Below are positions 1 through 8,781 of a stretch of 64,000 nucleotides of DNA, piece after piece. The notes under the pieces were generated by a model. That model ran no database searches. It worked only from the letters and a program-made list of their open reading frames with translations, and was not told the DNA's origin. The stretch covers positions 82-64,081 of the forward strand of contig JAITJZ010000062.1 in NCBI GenBank assembly GCA_031278655.1, in the 5' to 3' direction. Made by a program: the position numbers and the translations under genes. This DNA is from Bifidobacteriaceae bacterium. GTDB taxonomy: Bacteria > Actinomycetota > Actinomycetes > Actinomycetales > WQXJ01. How positions within the stretch are numbered: position 1 is the stretch's first letter; the number at the start of each line of letters is the position of its first letter.

Positions 1-173
1 ACGTTCGACTTGCCGGAGGCGTTAGGTCCATACACTCCCGCCACCTTGACAAGGCTCTCGTTCAGCAGTCCGACGGGGATGACCTCGTCACGGTCTTTGT
101 CGACCGCGACCATGGACAACTCTGTCTCTGCTGCGATCGATCGAAAGTTCGTCGCCTCAAACCTGATCAGCAT
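1..173 (-). CDS. AAA-family ATPase (AAA_15/AAA_21-like); only the N-terminal 57 codons are present and the gene continues beyond the left edge
   Basis: Not in the ORF track because it runs off the window. The reverse complement of 173..1 reads MLIRFEATNFRSIAAETELSMVAVDKDRDEVIPVGLLNESLVKVAGVYGPNASGKSNV. The xNFRS opening and the GPNASGKSN Walker-A P-loop about 50 residues in are typical of SMC/OLD/ABC-like AAA ATPases. Confidence 0.6.
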   Translation of the reverse strand, partial: MLIRFEATNFRSIAAETELSMVAVDKDRDEVIPVGLLNESLVKVAGVYGPNASGKSN

Positions 174-300
174 GGTTCCATGCTACACGCCTTACCTGCG
201 AAAGTACACCCTGTTTCGTCACGAACGAACGAAATCATGCCTCTCTCTGCATTTCGGGTGCAGAGATGGGGGTGGCCAGCAGGCGGAGCGCGGACGGGTG

Positions 301-603
301 GGAGACGCCAGTCCGGGCGGCGACCTGGTCGCGTGCGCCACCAGGGCGATCATAGACGCCGTGTTCGCGCCGACCGGGGTCGGGGAGACCACCTTGGCGC
401 CCGAAGCGCTGGCCGCGGCCCGCCCGGGCACGCTCGTGCTGGCGGACCGCAACTTCGACGCGAAGGGGGTGATGGGCGCTGTCCGGTCCGCGGGCGGGGA
501 CTTCTTGACACGGGCCAAGACCATCCGCAAACTACCGGTCCTCGACCGCACATGCCGCAAGGCCCACATCGACATCGCCCTCCTCACCGGCGATCCCCCT
601 TGA
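301..603 (+). pseudogene. IS4-family DDE transposase relic (internal fragment only)
   Basis: The frame of ORF 10..603 reads TRAIIDAVFAPTGVGETTLAPEALAAARPGTLVLADRNFDAKGVMGAVRSAGGDFLTRAKTIRKLPVLDR. This resembles the region around the first catalytic Asp (LADRNF) of actinobacterial IS4 transposases. The flanking sequence is unrelated and the ORF is far too short for an intact transposase. Confidence 0.45.
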
Positions 604-640
604 CAACCCCACCACCGGGCTTAACTTCACGGCCTTGCGG

Positions 641-1606
641 CTAGCGCGCCAGGAGGCGGTCGAGCCAGTTCTGGCGGGCCTGGACGGCGAGGCGGCTGAC
701 TGCGGCCTGGGCCGAGAAACCGGCGAAGCCGTGGTGGGCGCCCTCGTAAACATGCAGCTCGCACGGCGTCCCGGCGGCGCCGAGCGCGAGCGCGTATTTG
801 ATCGCCTCATCGCGGAAGACCTCAGCGGCGCCGACTTCGATGAAGGTGGGCGGCAGGCGTGAGAGGTCGGTCTCCCGGGCGGGCGCCGCATGGGGAGACA
901 CGTCAGGCCCGCCCGCCGCCGCGCCGAGCAGCGCCGCCCAGGCGGTCAGGTTGTCGTTTCTATCCCAGACGCCGATGCCGTCGTACTGGCGCGATGACGC
1001 GGTGTCGTTGCGGTCGTCGATCATCGGCGCGTCGAGCAGTTGGCCGATCAGCGGCGGCCCGCCGCGGTCGCGGGCCAGCAGCGCGAGCCCGGCGGCGAGG
1101 CCGCCGCCGGCCGACGTCCCGGTGACCAGGATTCGCCCAGGGTCGGCGCCGAGTTCGCCGGCCCGCTCCGCGAACCAGGTCAGCCCGGTGTAGCAGTCCT
1201 CCAGGCCTGCCGGGAACGGGTGCTCGGGGGCGAGGCGGTACTCGACTGAGACCACCACCGCCCCGTGGCGTTCGACCAGTTCGGCGGCCTGGGGCGCGGT
1301 CATGGAGCGGTTGCCCAGCACCATGCCGCCGCCGTGGATGATATAGACAGCGGGCGCGCCTTGTGCCCCGGGCGCGCCTTGGCGGGGAAGGGCTATGGTC
1401 AGCGCGACCTCATTGCCCCCGGGTCCGATGACGCTGGCCTCGCGCCAGGCGACGGCCGCGCTCTGAGGCCGGGGCAGCGTCGCCAGCAGTTTGTCGACGT
1501 GTTCGCGGCTTGGCCCGATGGTGTCGGCCCGCAACGGCACTGGTTCGAAGCATTGGCGCATCGTCTCCATGCCCGCCAGCAGGTCCGGGTCGTAGGGCGC
1601 CCTCAT
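641..1606 (-). CDS. alpha/beta hydrolase, hormone-sensitive-lipase-type esterase
   Basis: Has the HGGG oxyanion motif (YIIHGGGMVLG) and a GxSxG nucleophile (GTSAGGGLAA). Start taken at MRAPYDPD (ATG at 1606), preceded by GAGGA and lying 10 nt after the upstream stop. Confidence 0.85.
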   Translation of the reverse strand: MRAPYDPDLLAGMETMRQCFEPVPLRADTIGPSREHVDKLLATLPRPQSAAVAWREASVIGPGGNEVALTIALPRQGAPGAQGAPAVYIIHGGGMVLGNRSMTAPQAAELVERHGAVVVSVEYRLAPEHPFPAGLEDCYTGLTWFAERAGELGADPGRILVTGTSAGGGLAAGLALLARDRGGPPLIGQLLDAPMIDDRNDTASSRQYDGIGVWDRNDNLTAWAALLGAAAGGPDVSPHAAPARETDLSRLPPTFIEVGAAEVFRDEAIKYALALGAAGTPCELHVYEGAHHGFAGFSAQAAVSRLAVQARQNWLDRLLAR

Positions 1607-1616
1607 GGCCGCATCC

Positions 1617-2585
1617 TCACAGACCGAGCAGGCGGCGCAGCCAGGTGAGGCGCGCTTGGATCGCCGCCCGGGCGATCCGCGAGCCGGGGGCGAAAAAGTC
1701 GAAGCCATGGAAGCCGCCGCCCCAGACGTGAAGCTCTGCCTCGCCGCCGGCCGCCCAAATCCGCCGCGCGTAGTCGACGTCCTCGTCGCGGAACATCTCG
1801 GCGCTGCCGACCTCGATGAAGGCGGGCGGCAAACCTGATAGATCTACGGCGCGGGCGGGCGCGGCATCGGCGGGGGCGTCGGTCGAGGCGGCCAAGGCGT
1901 CGCCGAGGACCATGCGCCAGGCCAACTGGTTGTTCTCCAATGCCCAAGCCGCCAACGCTGGTTCGCCGTACTGCAAGGCTGAAAGCGTCGAACTGGTGTT
2001 GTCAAGCATGGGGCAGAGCAGAAGCTGGCCGGCGATCTCCGGCCCGCGGCGGTCTCTGGCCCGCAGGGCGACGGCGGCGGCGAAGCCACCGCCCGCCGAG
2101 CCGCCCATGACGACGATCCGGCCCGGGTCGATCCCCAAGACGGCGGCGTGCGCCGCCGTCCACTCGAAGGCGGCGTAGATGTCGTCGATCCCGGCCGGGT
2201 AGGGATGGCGCGGCGCCAGCCGGTACTCGACATTGACCGCCACCACGCCTAATTCGGACACAATTTCGACCAGCCGCGCGTTGTCCATCTCCTTGGTGCC
2301 GGTGACCATGCCCCCGCCATGGGCGTTGCAGAACCCGGGGACCGGTCCCGCCAGCTCGGCCGGGCGGATCACGGTCAGCCCAATGGCACCGCCCGGACCG
2401 GGGATGGTGATGTCTTCCCATTCAATCGCCCGGCCGTCTATGACCTGCTCATGCGGCGTCTCCGGGAGGCCTGGCTGAGGATTGCGGAGGTCCTCCTCGG
2501 TCATGGCGCGCACGCCTTGGCTGACCTGCTCTAGGGCTGGGACTGTTTCCGGGTCGACCCGGAAGGGAAAGCGTGGATCGGTCAT
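1617..2585 (-). CDS. alpha/beta hydrolase, HSL-type esterase (tandem paralogue of 641..1606)
   Basis: Carries NAHGGGMVTG and GGSAGGGFAA and is collinear with its neighbour. Start taken at MTDPRFPF (ATG at 2585) rather than the ORF-track start at 2708. Confidence 0.85.
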   Translation of the reverse strand: MTDPRFPFRVDPETVPALEQVSQGVRAMTEEDLRNPQPGLPETPHEQVIDGRAIEWEDITIPGPGGAIGLTVIRPAELAGPVPGFCNAHGGGMVTGTKEMDNARLVEIVSELGVVAVNVEYRLAPRHPYPAGIDDIYAAFEWTAAHAAVLGIDPGRIVVMGGSAGGGFAAAVALRARDRRGPEIAGQLLLCPMLDNTSSTLSALQYGEPALAAWALENNQLAWRMVLGDALAASTDAPADAAPARAVDLSGLPPAFIEVGSAEMFRDEDVDYARRIWAAGGEAELHVWGGGFHGFDFFAPGSRIARAAIQARLTWLRRLLGL

Positions 2586-2613
2586 GACGGTCCTCTCGGC
2601 TGGCGGAAGCGGT

Positions 2614-3573
2614 TCACGGGCCTTCGGGGGAGACCACGTCTTTGTCGGCCCAGAACGGGGCGACGGCGGCGCGGATGGCGTCCGCGCCGAGCGATTCGAC
2701 AAGGTCAAGGGCGGCGATGTTGGACTCGAGCTGGCTGAGGCGGGTGGCGCCGAAAAGTGTGACGGCGTTCGCCGGATGCGTCAGGGAGAAGGCCACGGCC
2801 AGTTGCGCCGGCGTTGTGCCGAGTTCGGCCGCGACTCGCGCGAATTCGTCCAACGAGCCGATCAACCGCTCGCGCACGCCGCCTGGGTCGGCCCCCACCT
2901 CCCGGCCGACCTGACGGTGTCCGGCCAGGTGGCCGCCCTCGAGCACGTCCGAGGCCTCGAAGGCGAAACCGCGCGCGAACAGCCGCGCGAACGGCTCGCC
3001 GTCAGGGATGGACCGCCGGGCGACTGAGTACTTCAACTGGGCGAAGGCCGGCGCCGTCATGCCCTCGGCCTGGGCGAAGTCAATGAGCGCGTCGATGTTG
3101 GCGGCGGACCAGTTGTTGACGCCCCAGGCGCGGATCAGCCCGGCGTCGATGAGTTCCTGCATGGCGGCGACGATCTCCGGCATTGTCAGGTCGTCGCGGT
3201 GGAGGTCGCCGAGGACGGCCAAGTCGGCGTGGTCGGTTCCGGCGCGGAAAAGGGCTTTGCTCAGTTGGTCTCGGAAGCCGTGGTCGTAGCCGCTCATCCA
3301 CAGTTTCTCGGACAGCAGCCAGCCCTCGCGCTTGACGCCGGCGCCCCGGATGATGGCCGAGAACAGGACATCGGTGATGGCCGGTGGCTGTTGGCCGGGC
3401 GAGCCGTAGACGCCCACGTCGAACAGGTTGACACCGCGGTCGATGGCGGTGGCGACAACCTCGACGGCGTCCTCGAAGTCCATCCTGTCGTAGGTGTGCC
3501 ACGAGCCGAGCGCGAGTCGCGGGACTTCGACGCCGGAGGCGCCGAGTTGGCGGCGGGGGACTGTGTTGGTCAT
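2614..3573 (-). CDS. aldo/keto reductase
   Basis: Opens MTNTVPRRQLGASGVEVPRLALGSWHTY and contains FDVGVYG, SEKLW and WGVNNW. The ATG at 3571-3573 overlaps the ADH stop (ATGA). The 553-aa track ORF is an N-extension artefact. Confidence 0.85.
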   Translation of the reverse strand: MTNTVPRRQLGASGVEVPRLALGSWHTYDRMDFEDAVEVVATAIDRGVNLFDVGVYGSPGQQPPAITDVLFSAIIRGAGVKREGWLLSEKLWMSGYDHGFRDQLSKALFRAGTDHADLAVLGDLHRDDLTMPEIVAAMQELIDAGLIRAWGVNNWSAANIDALIDFAQAEGMTAPAFAQLKYSVARRSIPDGEPFARLFARGFAFEASDVLEGGHLAGHRQVGREVGADPGGVRERLIGSLDEFARVAAELGTTPAQLAVAFSLTHPANAVTLFGATRLSQLESNIAALDLVESLGADAIRAAVAPFWADKDVVSPEGP

Positions 3574-4754
3574 GCGGGTGCTCCTTGTCGCGGTGGTTGC
3601 GGTGGTTGCGGTGGTTGCGGTGGTTGCGGTGGTTGGCGGTGCTCGGCCGCGATGGCGGGGTCGATGACGGCCTTGATTTCGACGCCCCGGCTCATGCGCT
3701 GGATCGAGTCGGTCGCGTCCGCCAGGCCGACCGCCGCGGAGAAGAGGTCGTCCCAGGCGAAGCGGTCGGCGAAGGCCGTGAAGAACTCGATCGCGTGGGC
3801 GTAGTCGGAGACGTCGCCGTTGAGCGAGCCGACCACGGTCAGCTCCTTGCCCATGACGGCGCTCAGCGGGAAAGGTTTGGCGTTCGCCCCGGTTGAGCCG
3901 ACGATGGCGTAGACGCCGCGTTGGGCGGCCATGCCGACGCCCTCTTGGCCCACGCTTGGGGCGCCGGCCAGGTCGATGACCAGGTCGGCGCCGCTGCCGC
4001 CGGTCAGGTCCAGGACCTCGGCGACGATCCCCTCGGAACCGACGCCGATGTCGACGGTGTGGTCGGCGCCGAAGTTGCGCGCCATCGTCAACCGTTCGGC
4101 CGGCGCGCCGATGGTGATGACTTTGCCCGCGCCCGCCACGCGGGCGACGGCCGTGGCGAAGATGCCCAGCGCCCCCGCCCCCTGGATGGCGACGGTCGAG
4201 GCCGGGCGGACGCCCCCGGCCCGGTCGAAGGCCCGCAGCACGGTCTTGGCCGCGCACCCGGCCATGGCCGCCCAAGTCGACGGCGTCGAATCGGGGATGA
4301 TCAGCTTTTGGGCCTGGGGGGTGACGTAGGCGTATTCGGACAGGCCGGCGGTCGCCCAGGGCGGGGTGTCACTGCGCTGGAGGAAGCCGTAGCCGCGGCT
4401 GGGGCACAGGACCGGCTGGCGCAGAATGGCGCAGGCGTGGCAGTGGCCGCAGACCGACTCCGACCAGCCGATGCGTTGCCCGGCCTGGAGCGGGCGGCCA
4501 AGCGCGTCGGCGGCGCCCTCCCCGGCGGCGATGACCTCTCCGACCATCTCGTGCCCCAGGACCATTGGCAGCATGCCCGGGAAGGACATCGCGCCTTGCC
4601 AGATCTCGATGTCTGTGCCGCAGAGGGTGGCCCGCAGGATCGCCACCAGCGCGGCGCCGGGCGCGACCGCGTCTGGCAGCGCCAACTCCTGCAACTGGAG
4701 CGGCTGGTTGTGCGCGACCAGCACGGCGGCCCGTGACGTTGTCGGCAGTCGCAT
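3570..4754 (-). CDS. zinc-dependent alcohol dehydrogenase (MDR family) with a C-terminal (QPP)5 tail
   Basis: Contains GHEMVGEV and the structural-zinc cluster CGHCHACAILRQPVLC. Start taken at MRLPTTS (ATG at 4754), with GAGGAG upstream. Confidence 0.85.
   Translation of the reverse strand: MRLPTTSRAAVLVAHNQPLQLQELALPDAVAPGAALVAILRATLCGTDIEIWQGAMSFPGMLPMVLGHEMVGEVIAAGEGAADALGRPLQAGQRIGWSESVCGHCHACAILRQPVLCPSRGYGFLQRSDTPPWATAGLSEYAYVTPQAQKLIIPDSTPSTWAAMAGCAAKTVLRAFDRAGGVRPASTVAIQGAGALGIFATAVARVAGAGKVITIGAPAERLTMARNFGADHTVDIGVGSEGIVAEVLDLTGGSGADLVIDLAGAPSVGQEGVGMAAQRGVYAIVGSTGANAKPFPLSAVMGKELTVVGSLNGDVSDYAHAIEFFTAFADRFAWDDLFSAAVGLADATDSIQRMSRGVEIKAVIDPAIAAEHRQPPQPPQPPQPPQPPRQGAPA
3592..3636. 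repeat. 9-bp tandem repeat ggtggttgc x5 (last copy ggtggttgg)
   Basis: Read directly from the sequence. It encodes QPPQPPQPPQPPQPP at the ADH C-terminus, about 20 nt from the ADH stop / AKR start overlap. Confidence 0.95.
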
Positions 4755-4846
4755 CGGCGTTTCTCCTCGGGATCGGTGGCCGTGGGGCGAATGGTGCACG
4801 GCAGACGTTAGTCTACAACAGTTGAATAAAAACCGAGGAGGACGAT

Positions 4847-6235
4847 GTGATGGAAGCCGACCTTGTGTTTCGCGGTGGAACGGTGCTGACCCTCGACGAG
4901 GCCGACACCACGGCTACGGCGCTCGCCGTCCTGGGCGGGCGGATCGTGGCCGTAGGGGGCGACGCGGCCGTGTCGGCGCACATCGGGCCGCGCACGCGCG
5001 TCGAGGACATCTCCGGCCGCGCGGTCTTGCCCGGCATCAATGACACGCACATGCACGCCGCCTGGGTCGGCGCCACCTGGCCCATGGTCTTCTTCAGCGA
5101 CGACCCGCCGGCCTTCGACCAGCGGTTGGTCTCGACCGAGGAGGAACGCCTCGCAGCCCTGCTCGGCGCCGCCGACGTCGCGGCCTCCTTCGGCATCACC
5201 AGTTACACCGAGCCCGGGATCGGCCCGGGCGAGGACCACGGCCCGACCGGCGCGATGGGCACCGCCACCCTGCGCCTGTACCAGCGCCTGGCGCGCGAGG
5301 GACGGCTCAAGCAGCGCGTCAACCTGTTGATGCTGTTCGGGCCGATCGACGGCCCGTCGAACTTGGCCGGACTGGTGGAAGGCCTGGCGGACTACGACAC
5401 GGCCACCCCCGATCCGCGCCGGTTCCGCGTCGCCGGGGTCAAGATTTTCGCCGATGGCGTGCCCATCACCCAGACGTCCTGGGTCCACTGCCACTACGCC
5501 GACGGCAGCCAGGGCCGGCTGACGGTCGAAGGCGCCGATGAAGCCGCGCGCGCCGAGGCGCTCCGGCGGATGGTGGTCGCCGCCCTGCGCGCCGGCCACC
5601 AGGTCGGCGTCCACGCGACCGGCGACAGGTCGATCGACACCATCCTCGATGCGGTCGCGGAGGCGGACGTCCGCGACCAAGATCTGCGGCCCTATGTCAT
5701 CCATGGCGACCTGGCGACGCCGGCGCAGCTTGACCGCATGGCGGAACTGGGCGTGGGCGTGACCTATCAGGCGGGCATCGGGACCGCGACCGAGCCGTGG
5801 GTGTCTGAGACGCTTGGCGCCGCGCGCGCGCGTGCCGGTTGGGCCTACGCAGAGGCCTGGCGGCGGGGTGTGCCCGCCTCGCTCAGCTCCGACGCGCCCT
5901 TCCTGTCCCTCGACTGGCGCCGTGAGGTCGCCAACGCCGACGCCTGGATGGGGCCGGCCGGCGACCAGCGAGCGCGGCTGACGCAACTGTTGCGCGCCTG
6001 GACGGCGATTCCCGCCTGGTTCGACCACGCCGAGAGCTGGAAAGGCGTCATCGGCGTTGGTCAGGCGGCCGACCTGGTGGTGCTGGACCGGGCGCCCACC
6101 TGCGCCGCCGAAATGCCGGCCGTCGAGGTCGATGCGACCTACCTGGACGGCCTGCCCACCTATCGGCGCGGTTTGGCGCCGCGCCGGGCGCGCCTGGCTA
6201 GACCAGAAGCTGACCGCCGTCGACCGGCAAGCTGA
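4847..6235 (+). CDS. metal-dependent amidohydrolase (amidohydrolase-3 / YtcJ-like)
   Basis: Opens MMEADLVFRGGTVLT and has the INDTHMHA HxH motif. GAGGAGG lies upstream. The start is GTG 4847 or ATG 4850. Confidence 0.8.
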   Translation: MMEADLVFRGGTVLTLDEADTTATALAVLGGRIVAVGGDAAVSAHIGPRTRVEDISGRAVLPGINDTHMHAAWVGATWPMVFFSDDPPAFDQRLVSTEEERLAALLGAADVAASFGITSYTEPGIGPGEDHGPTGAMGTATLRLYQRLAREGRLKQRVNLLMLFGPIDGPSNLAGLVEGLADYDTATPDPRRFRVAGVKIFADGVPITQTSWVHCHYADGSQGRLTVEGADEAARAEALRRMVVAALRAGHQVGVHATGDRSIDTILDAVAEADVRDQDLRPYVIHGDLATPAQLDRMAELGVGVTYQAGIGTATEPWVSETLGAARARAGWAYAEAWRRGVPASLSSDAPFLSLDWRREVANADAWMGPAGDQRARLTQLLRAWTAIPAWFDHAESWKGVIGVGQAADLVVLDRAPTCAAEMPAVEVDATYLDGLPTYRRGLAPRRARLARPEADRRRPAS

Positions 6236-6932
6236 CGCCGGTGATGCCGTCTGCCTCGTCGCTGGCGAGGAAGACGGCGGCGGCCGCGACCCGGGCGGGG
6301 TCGGCCAGCCGCCTCAGCGGGATGCGCGCCAGCCACTGCTCGCGCGCCGCCGAGCCTTCGGGCATGTCGATTCTCATCATCGGGGTGTCGATCGGCCCGG
6401 GGGCGACGGCGTTGACGCGGATGCCGTGGGCGGCGAATTCGATCGCCGCCCAGCGGGTCAGCTGGTCGATGGCCGCCTTGGAGGACTCGTAGGCGCCCAT
6501 GCCGGGCGTCGGCTGGCGCCCGCCGATCGAAGACACGTTGACGATCGCCCCCGGGGTCCCGGCCGCGATCATCTGCCGGGCGACGGCCTGGGTGACGGCG
6601 AAAGTTCCGATGACGTTGACGCGGAAGATGGCCTCGATGTCCGCGACCGGCAGGTCGACCACCGACCCGTGCAGGTGCAACAGGCCGGCGTTGTTGACGA
6701 GCACGTCCAAGCCGCCGTTGTCCGAGGCGATGAGTTCGACTGCGGCGCGGACGGCGGCGGCGTCCGTGATGTCCAGGGCGACGGCCTCCACCGCCGGTTC
6801 GGCGGCGGCCGTGTCCAGTCTTGGGCCGGGCAGGTCGGCGATCACGACTCTGTCGCCGCGCGCGCTGAAGGCGGCGGTGAGGGCCGCGCCGAGGCCGCCG
6901 GCCCCGCCGGTGATGAGGACGGTCCTGGCCAT
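6198..6932 (-). CDS. short-chain dehydrogenase/reductase (SDR)
   Basis: Opens MARTVLITGGAGGLGAAL (TGxxxGxG) and has YESSK (YxxxK). Start at ATG 6932. The 3' end overlaps the convergent amidohydrolase gene by 38 nt. Confidence 0.85.
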   Translation of the reverse strand: MARTVLITGGAGGLGAALTAAFSARGDRVVIADLPGPRLDTAAAEPAVEAVALDITDAAAVRAAVELIASDNGGLDVLVNNAGLLHLHGSVVDLPVADIEAIFRVNVIGTFAVTQAVARQMIAAGTPGAIVNVSSIGGRQPTPGMGAYESSKAAIDQLTRWAAIEFAAHGIRVNAVAPGPIDTPMMRIDMPEGSAAREQWLARIPLRRLADPARVAAAAVFLASDEADGITGVSLPVDGGQLLV

Positions 6933-7014
6933 GTCGCTCCTTCGGTACAGGCGAGGACGGCGCCACGCTCCGCTAATGTATACGCACGTAGAAAAATACA
7001 CTTCAGGAGGGGTC

Positions 7015-7974
7015 ATGACAATGGCAGGAGCCGTGCCGCGGCGCCGGATCGCTCCCGGGGAGGACGTTCCGGTCCTCGCCCTCGGCTCATGGAACGTCTG
7101 GGACCGGACCACGCCCAAGGACGCCGTGGCGCTTCTCAGGCGCGCGGCCGAGGTCGGCGCGACCTTCTTTGACGTCGGCAATTACAATCTTGGCCCCCAC
7201 GCCGAGGGGTCGAGGACGGACATCCTCTTCGGCGAGTACAGCCGCCAGGCCGGCCTGGCCCGCGAGGATTACGTGCTCTGCGGCAAGCTCTGGCTTTGGG
7301 ATTACCCGCGCACGGGCTTCGCCGCCTGGATGGAGGAATCGCTGGCCCGGATCGGGGTCGCGGCCGCGGACTGCGTGGTGGTCGGCGACCATGTCGATCC
7401 GGTCGACATCCGCCGGGTCGTGGTCGACGTCAACCGCGAGATCGAGGCCGGCAGGTTCCGGTATTGGGGCGTCAACAACTGGCCCGTGTCCGAAGCGCGC
7501 GAGGCGATCGCCTTCGCCGCCGCCGAGGGGCTCATCCCCCCGACCTTCGCGCAGCTGAAGTACGGGCTGGCGCGCCGGTCGATGGCGGAGGGCCGGCCCT
7601 ACGGCGAGTTGTTCGACGCCGGACGGCTGACCCTGCAGGCGTCGGACGTCTTTGAGGGGGGCATCCTCGTCGGCAAGACCCAGCCCAGCCGCAAGATCGG
7701 CGCCGATGTCGGGGGCGTCCGCGAGCAGATCATCGCCAGTTGGCCGCGGGTCGAGTCGGCGGTGCGGGAGCTGGGGGTGACCCCGGCGCAGCTGGGCATC
7801 GCCTTTTGCCTGACCCATCCGGCGACGGCCAACGTGCTGGTCGGGGTGTCGAGCGTGGCGCAGCTCGAGGACGGCGTTGGCGCCCTGGGGCTGGTCGGCG
7901 CGCTTGGCGCCGCCCGCCTGCGCGAGGCGGCGGCCGAGTTGTGGATCGACCGCGAGGTCCCGCCCGGCGGTTGA
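7015..7974 (+). CDS. aldo/keto reductase (paralogue of 2614..3573)
   Basis: Opens MTMAGAVPRRRIAPGEDVPVLALGSWNVW and contains FDVGNYN, CGKLW, WGVNNW and FAQLKYGLARRS. AGGAGG lies 5 nt upstream of ATG 7015. Confidence 0.85.
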   Translation: MTMAGAVPRRRIAPGEDVPVLALGSWNVWDRTTPKDAVALLRRAAEVGATFFDVGNYNLGPHAEGSRTDILFGEYSRQAGLAREDYVLCGKLWLWDYPRTGFAAWMEESLARIGVAAADCVVVGDHVDPVDIRRVVVDVNREIEAGRFRYWGVNNWPVSEAREAIAFAAAEGLIPPTFAQLKYGLARRSMAEGRPYGELFDAGRLTLQASDVFEGGILVGKTQPSRKIGADVGGVREQIIASWPRVESAVRELGVTPAQLGIAFCLTHPATANVLVGVSSVAQLEDGVGALGLVGALGAARLREAAAELWIDREVPPGG

Positions 7975-7984
7975 TCGCCCCGGG

Positions 7985-8692
7985 TCAGGGTCGGGTCACG
8001 AAGGCGATCGCGGCCCGGGCGTATTGCGGCGACGCCAGGGCGCCCTCGTGGTCGCCGGGGACGCTGATGAAGTCGCCCTGGGGGAGTCCGGCGGCGATCT
8101 GGTCCGCGCCCCGCGCCATGGCGTCATCGGCGCCCGCGACCAGCAGGACGGGGACGGACGGCCGGTTCGCCGCGGCGGGGTCGAAGGGCGAGGCGCCGAC
8201 GCCTTCGATCAGCGCGACGGCCGATGCCGTGTGCAGGCCGGGGCCTTGGACGAGTTGGGCGAACATGCCGATGAGCGGATCCGGCGCGGCCGCGCCCGCG
8301 ATCACCGACTCGAGGGCGGCGATGTCGAGCCTGGCGAACGGGTCGAGGGGCGCCAGAGCGTCGAGCACGGCCCGGCGAACGACGCCGGCGCCCGCCAGCT
8401 CCCAGGCGATCCGCGCCCCCAGCGAGTGCGCGAAGACGTCGGCCTGGTCCTGCCCCGACTCGCGCACGGCTTCAGCCAGGTCGGCGACCAGTGAGGGAAG
8501 CGAGACTTCGCCCCTGGCGACCTGCGGGCCGCCCGGATGCCCCGGCAGCCCCACAACCAGGGCGCCGCGTCCGGCGGCGGCGAGGGCGGCCACCACGCCG
8601 GTGTCCAACCAGTTGAGCCGACCGCTGGCGCCGAGTCCATGGATGAGAAGAACGGGCCGGGGGCCCGGGTAAGCCTGCGTCGAGATTGTCAT
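7985..8692 (-). CDS. alpha/beta hydrolase
   Basis: Contains PVLLIHGLGASG and a FAHSLGA nucleophile elbow. TACCCT lies 6 nt upstream of the ATG. Confidence 0.75.
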   Translation of the reverse strand: MTISTQAYPGPRPVLLIHGLGASGRLNWLDTGVVAALAAAGRGALVVGLPGHPGGPQVARGEVSLPSLVADLAEAVRESGQDQADVFAHSLGARIAWELAGAGVVRRAVLDALAPLDPFARLDIAALESVIAGAAAPDPLIGMFAQLVQGPGLHTASAVALIEGVGASPFDPAAANRPSVPVLLVAGADDAMARGADQIAAGLPQGDFISVPGDHEGALASPQYARAAIAFVTRP

Positions 8693-8781
8693 AGTCTGAG
8701 GGTAGCGGACTTTTTTCCACGCATGTAGACTGCTGGCTGTTCACCCTCGCCGCCACGCGGCCCGAATGAAAGCAGCCTCCC

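Noticed and set aside
214-234. The GAAC-containing inverted repeat TTTCGTcacGAACGAACGAAA as a LexA box.
   Set aside because: It does not fit GAAC-N4-GTTC. It is better described as a TTTCGT/ACGAAA inverted repeat with an (acga)3 microsatellite. It is kept only as a note under the left-edge finding.
2614-4275. A 553-aa ORF, plus similar long N-extensions (22169..24496, 29953..32109, 31571..35338, 40391..41944, 40787..41941, 6499..7974, 52043..53872).
   Set aside because: In each case only the C-terminal part is a real protein (AKR, PyrD, ImuB, DnaE2, EEP, LMW-PTP, AKR, SBP). The upstream part overlaps a well-supported gene in another frame or strand and is low-complexity. Internal starts with a Shine-Dalgarno sequence, an ATGA overlap or a -10 hexamer were used instead.
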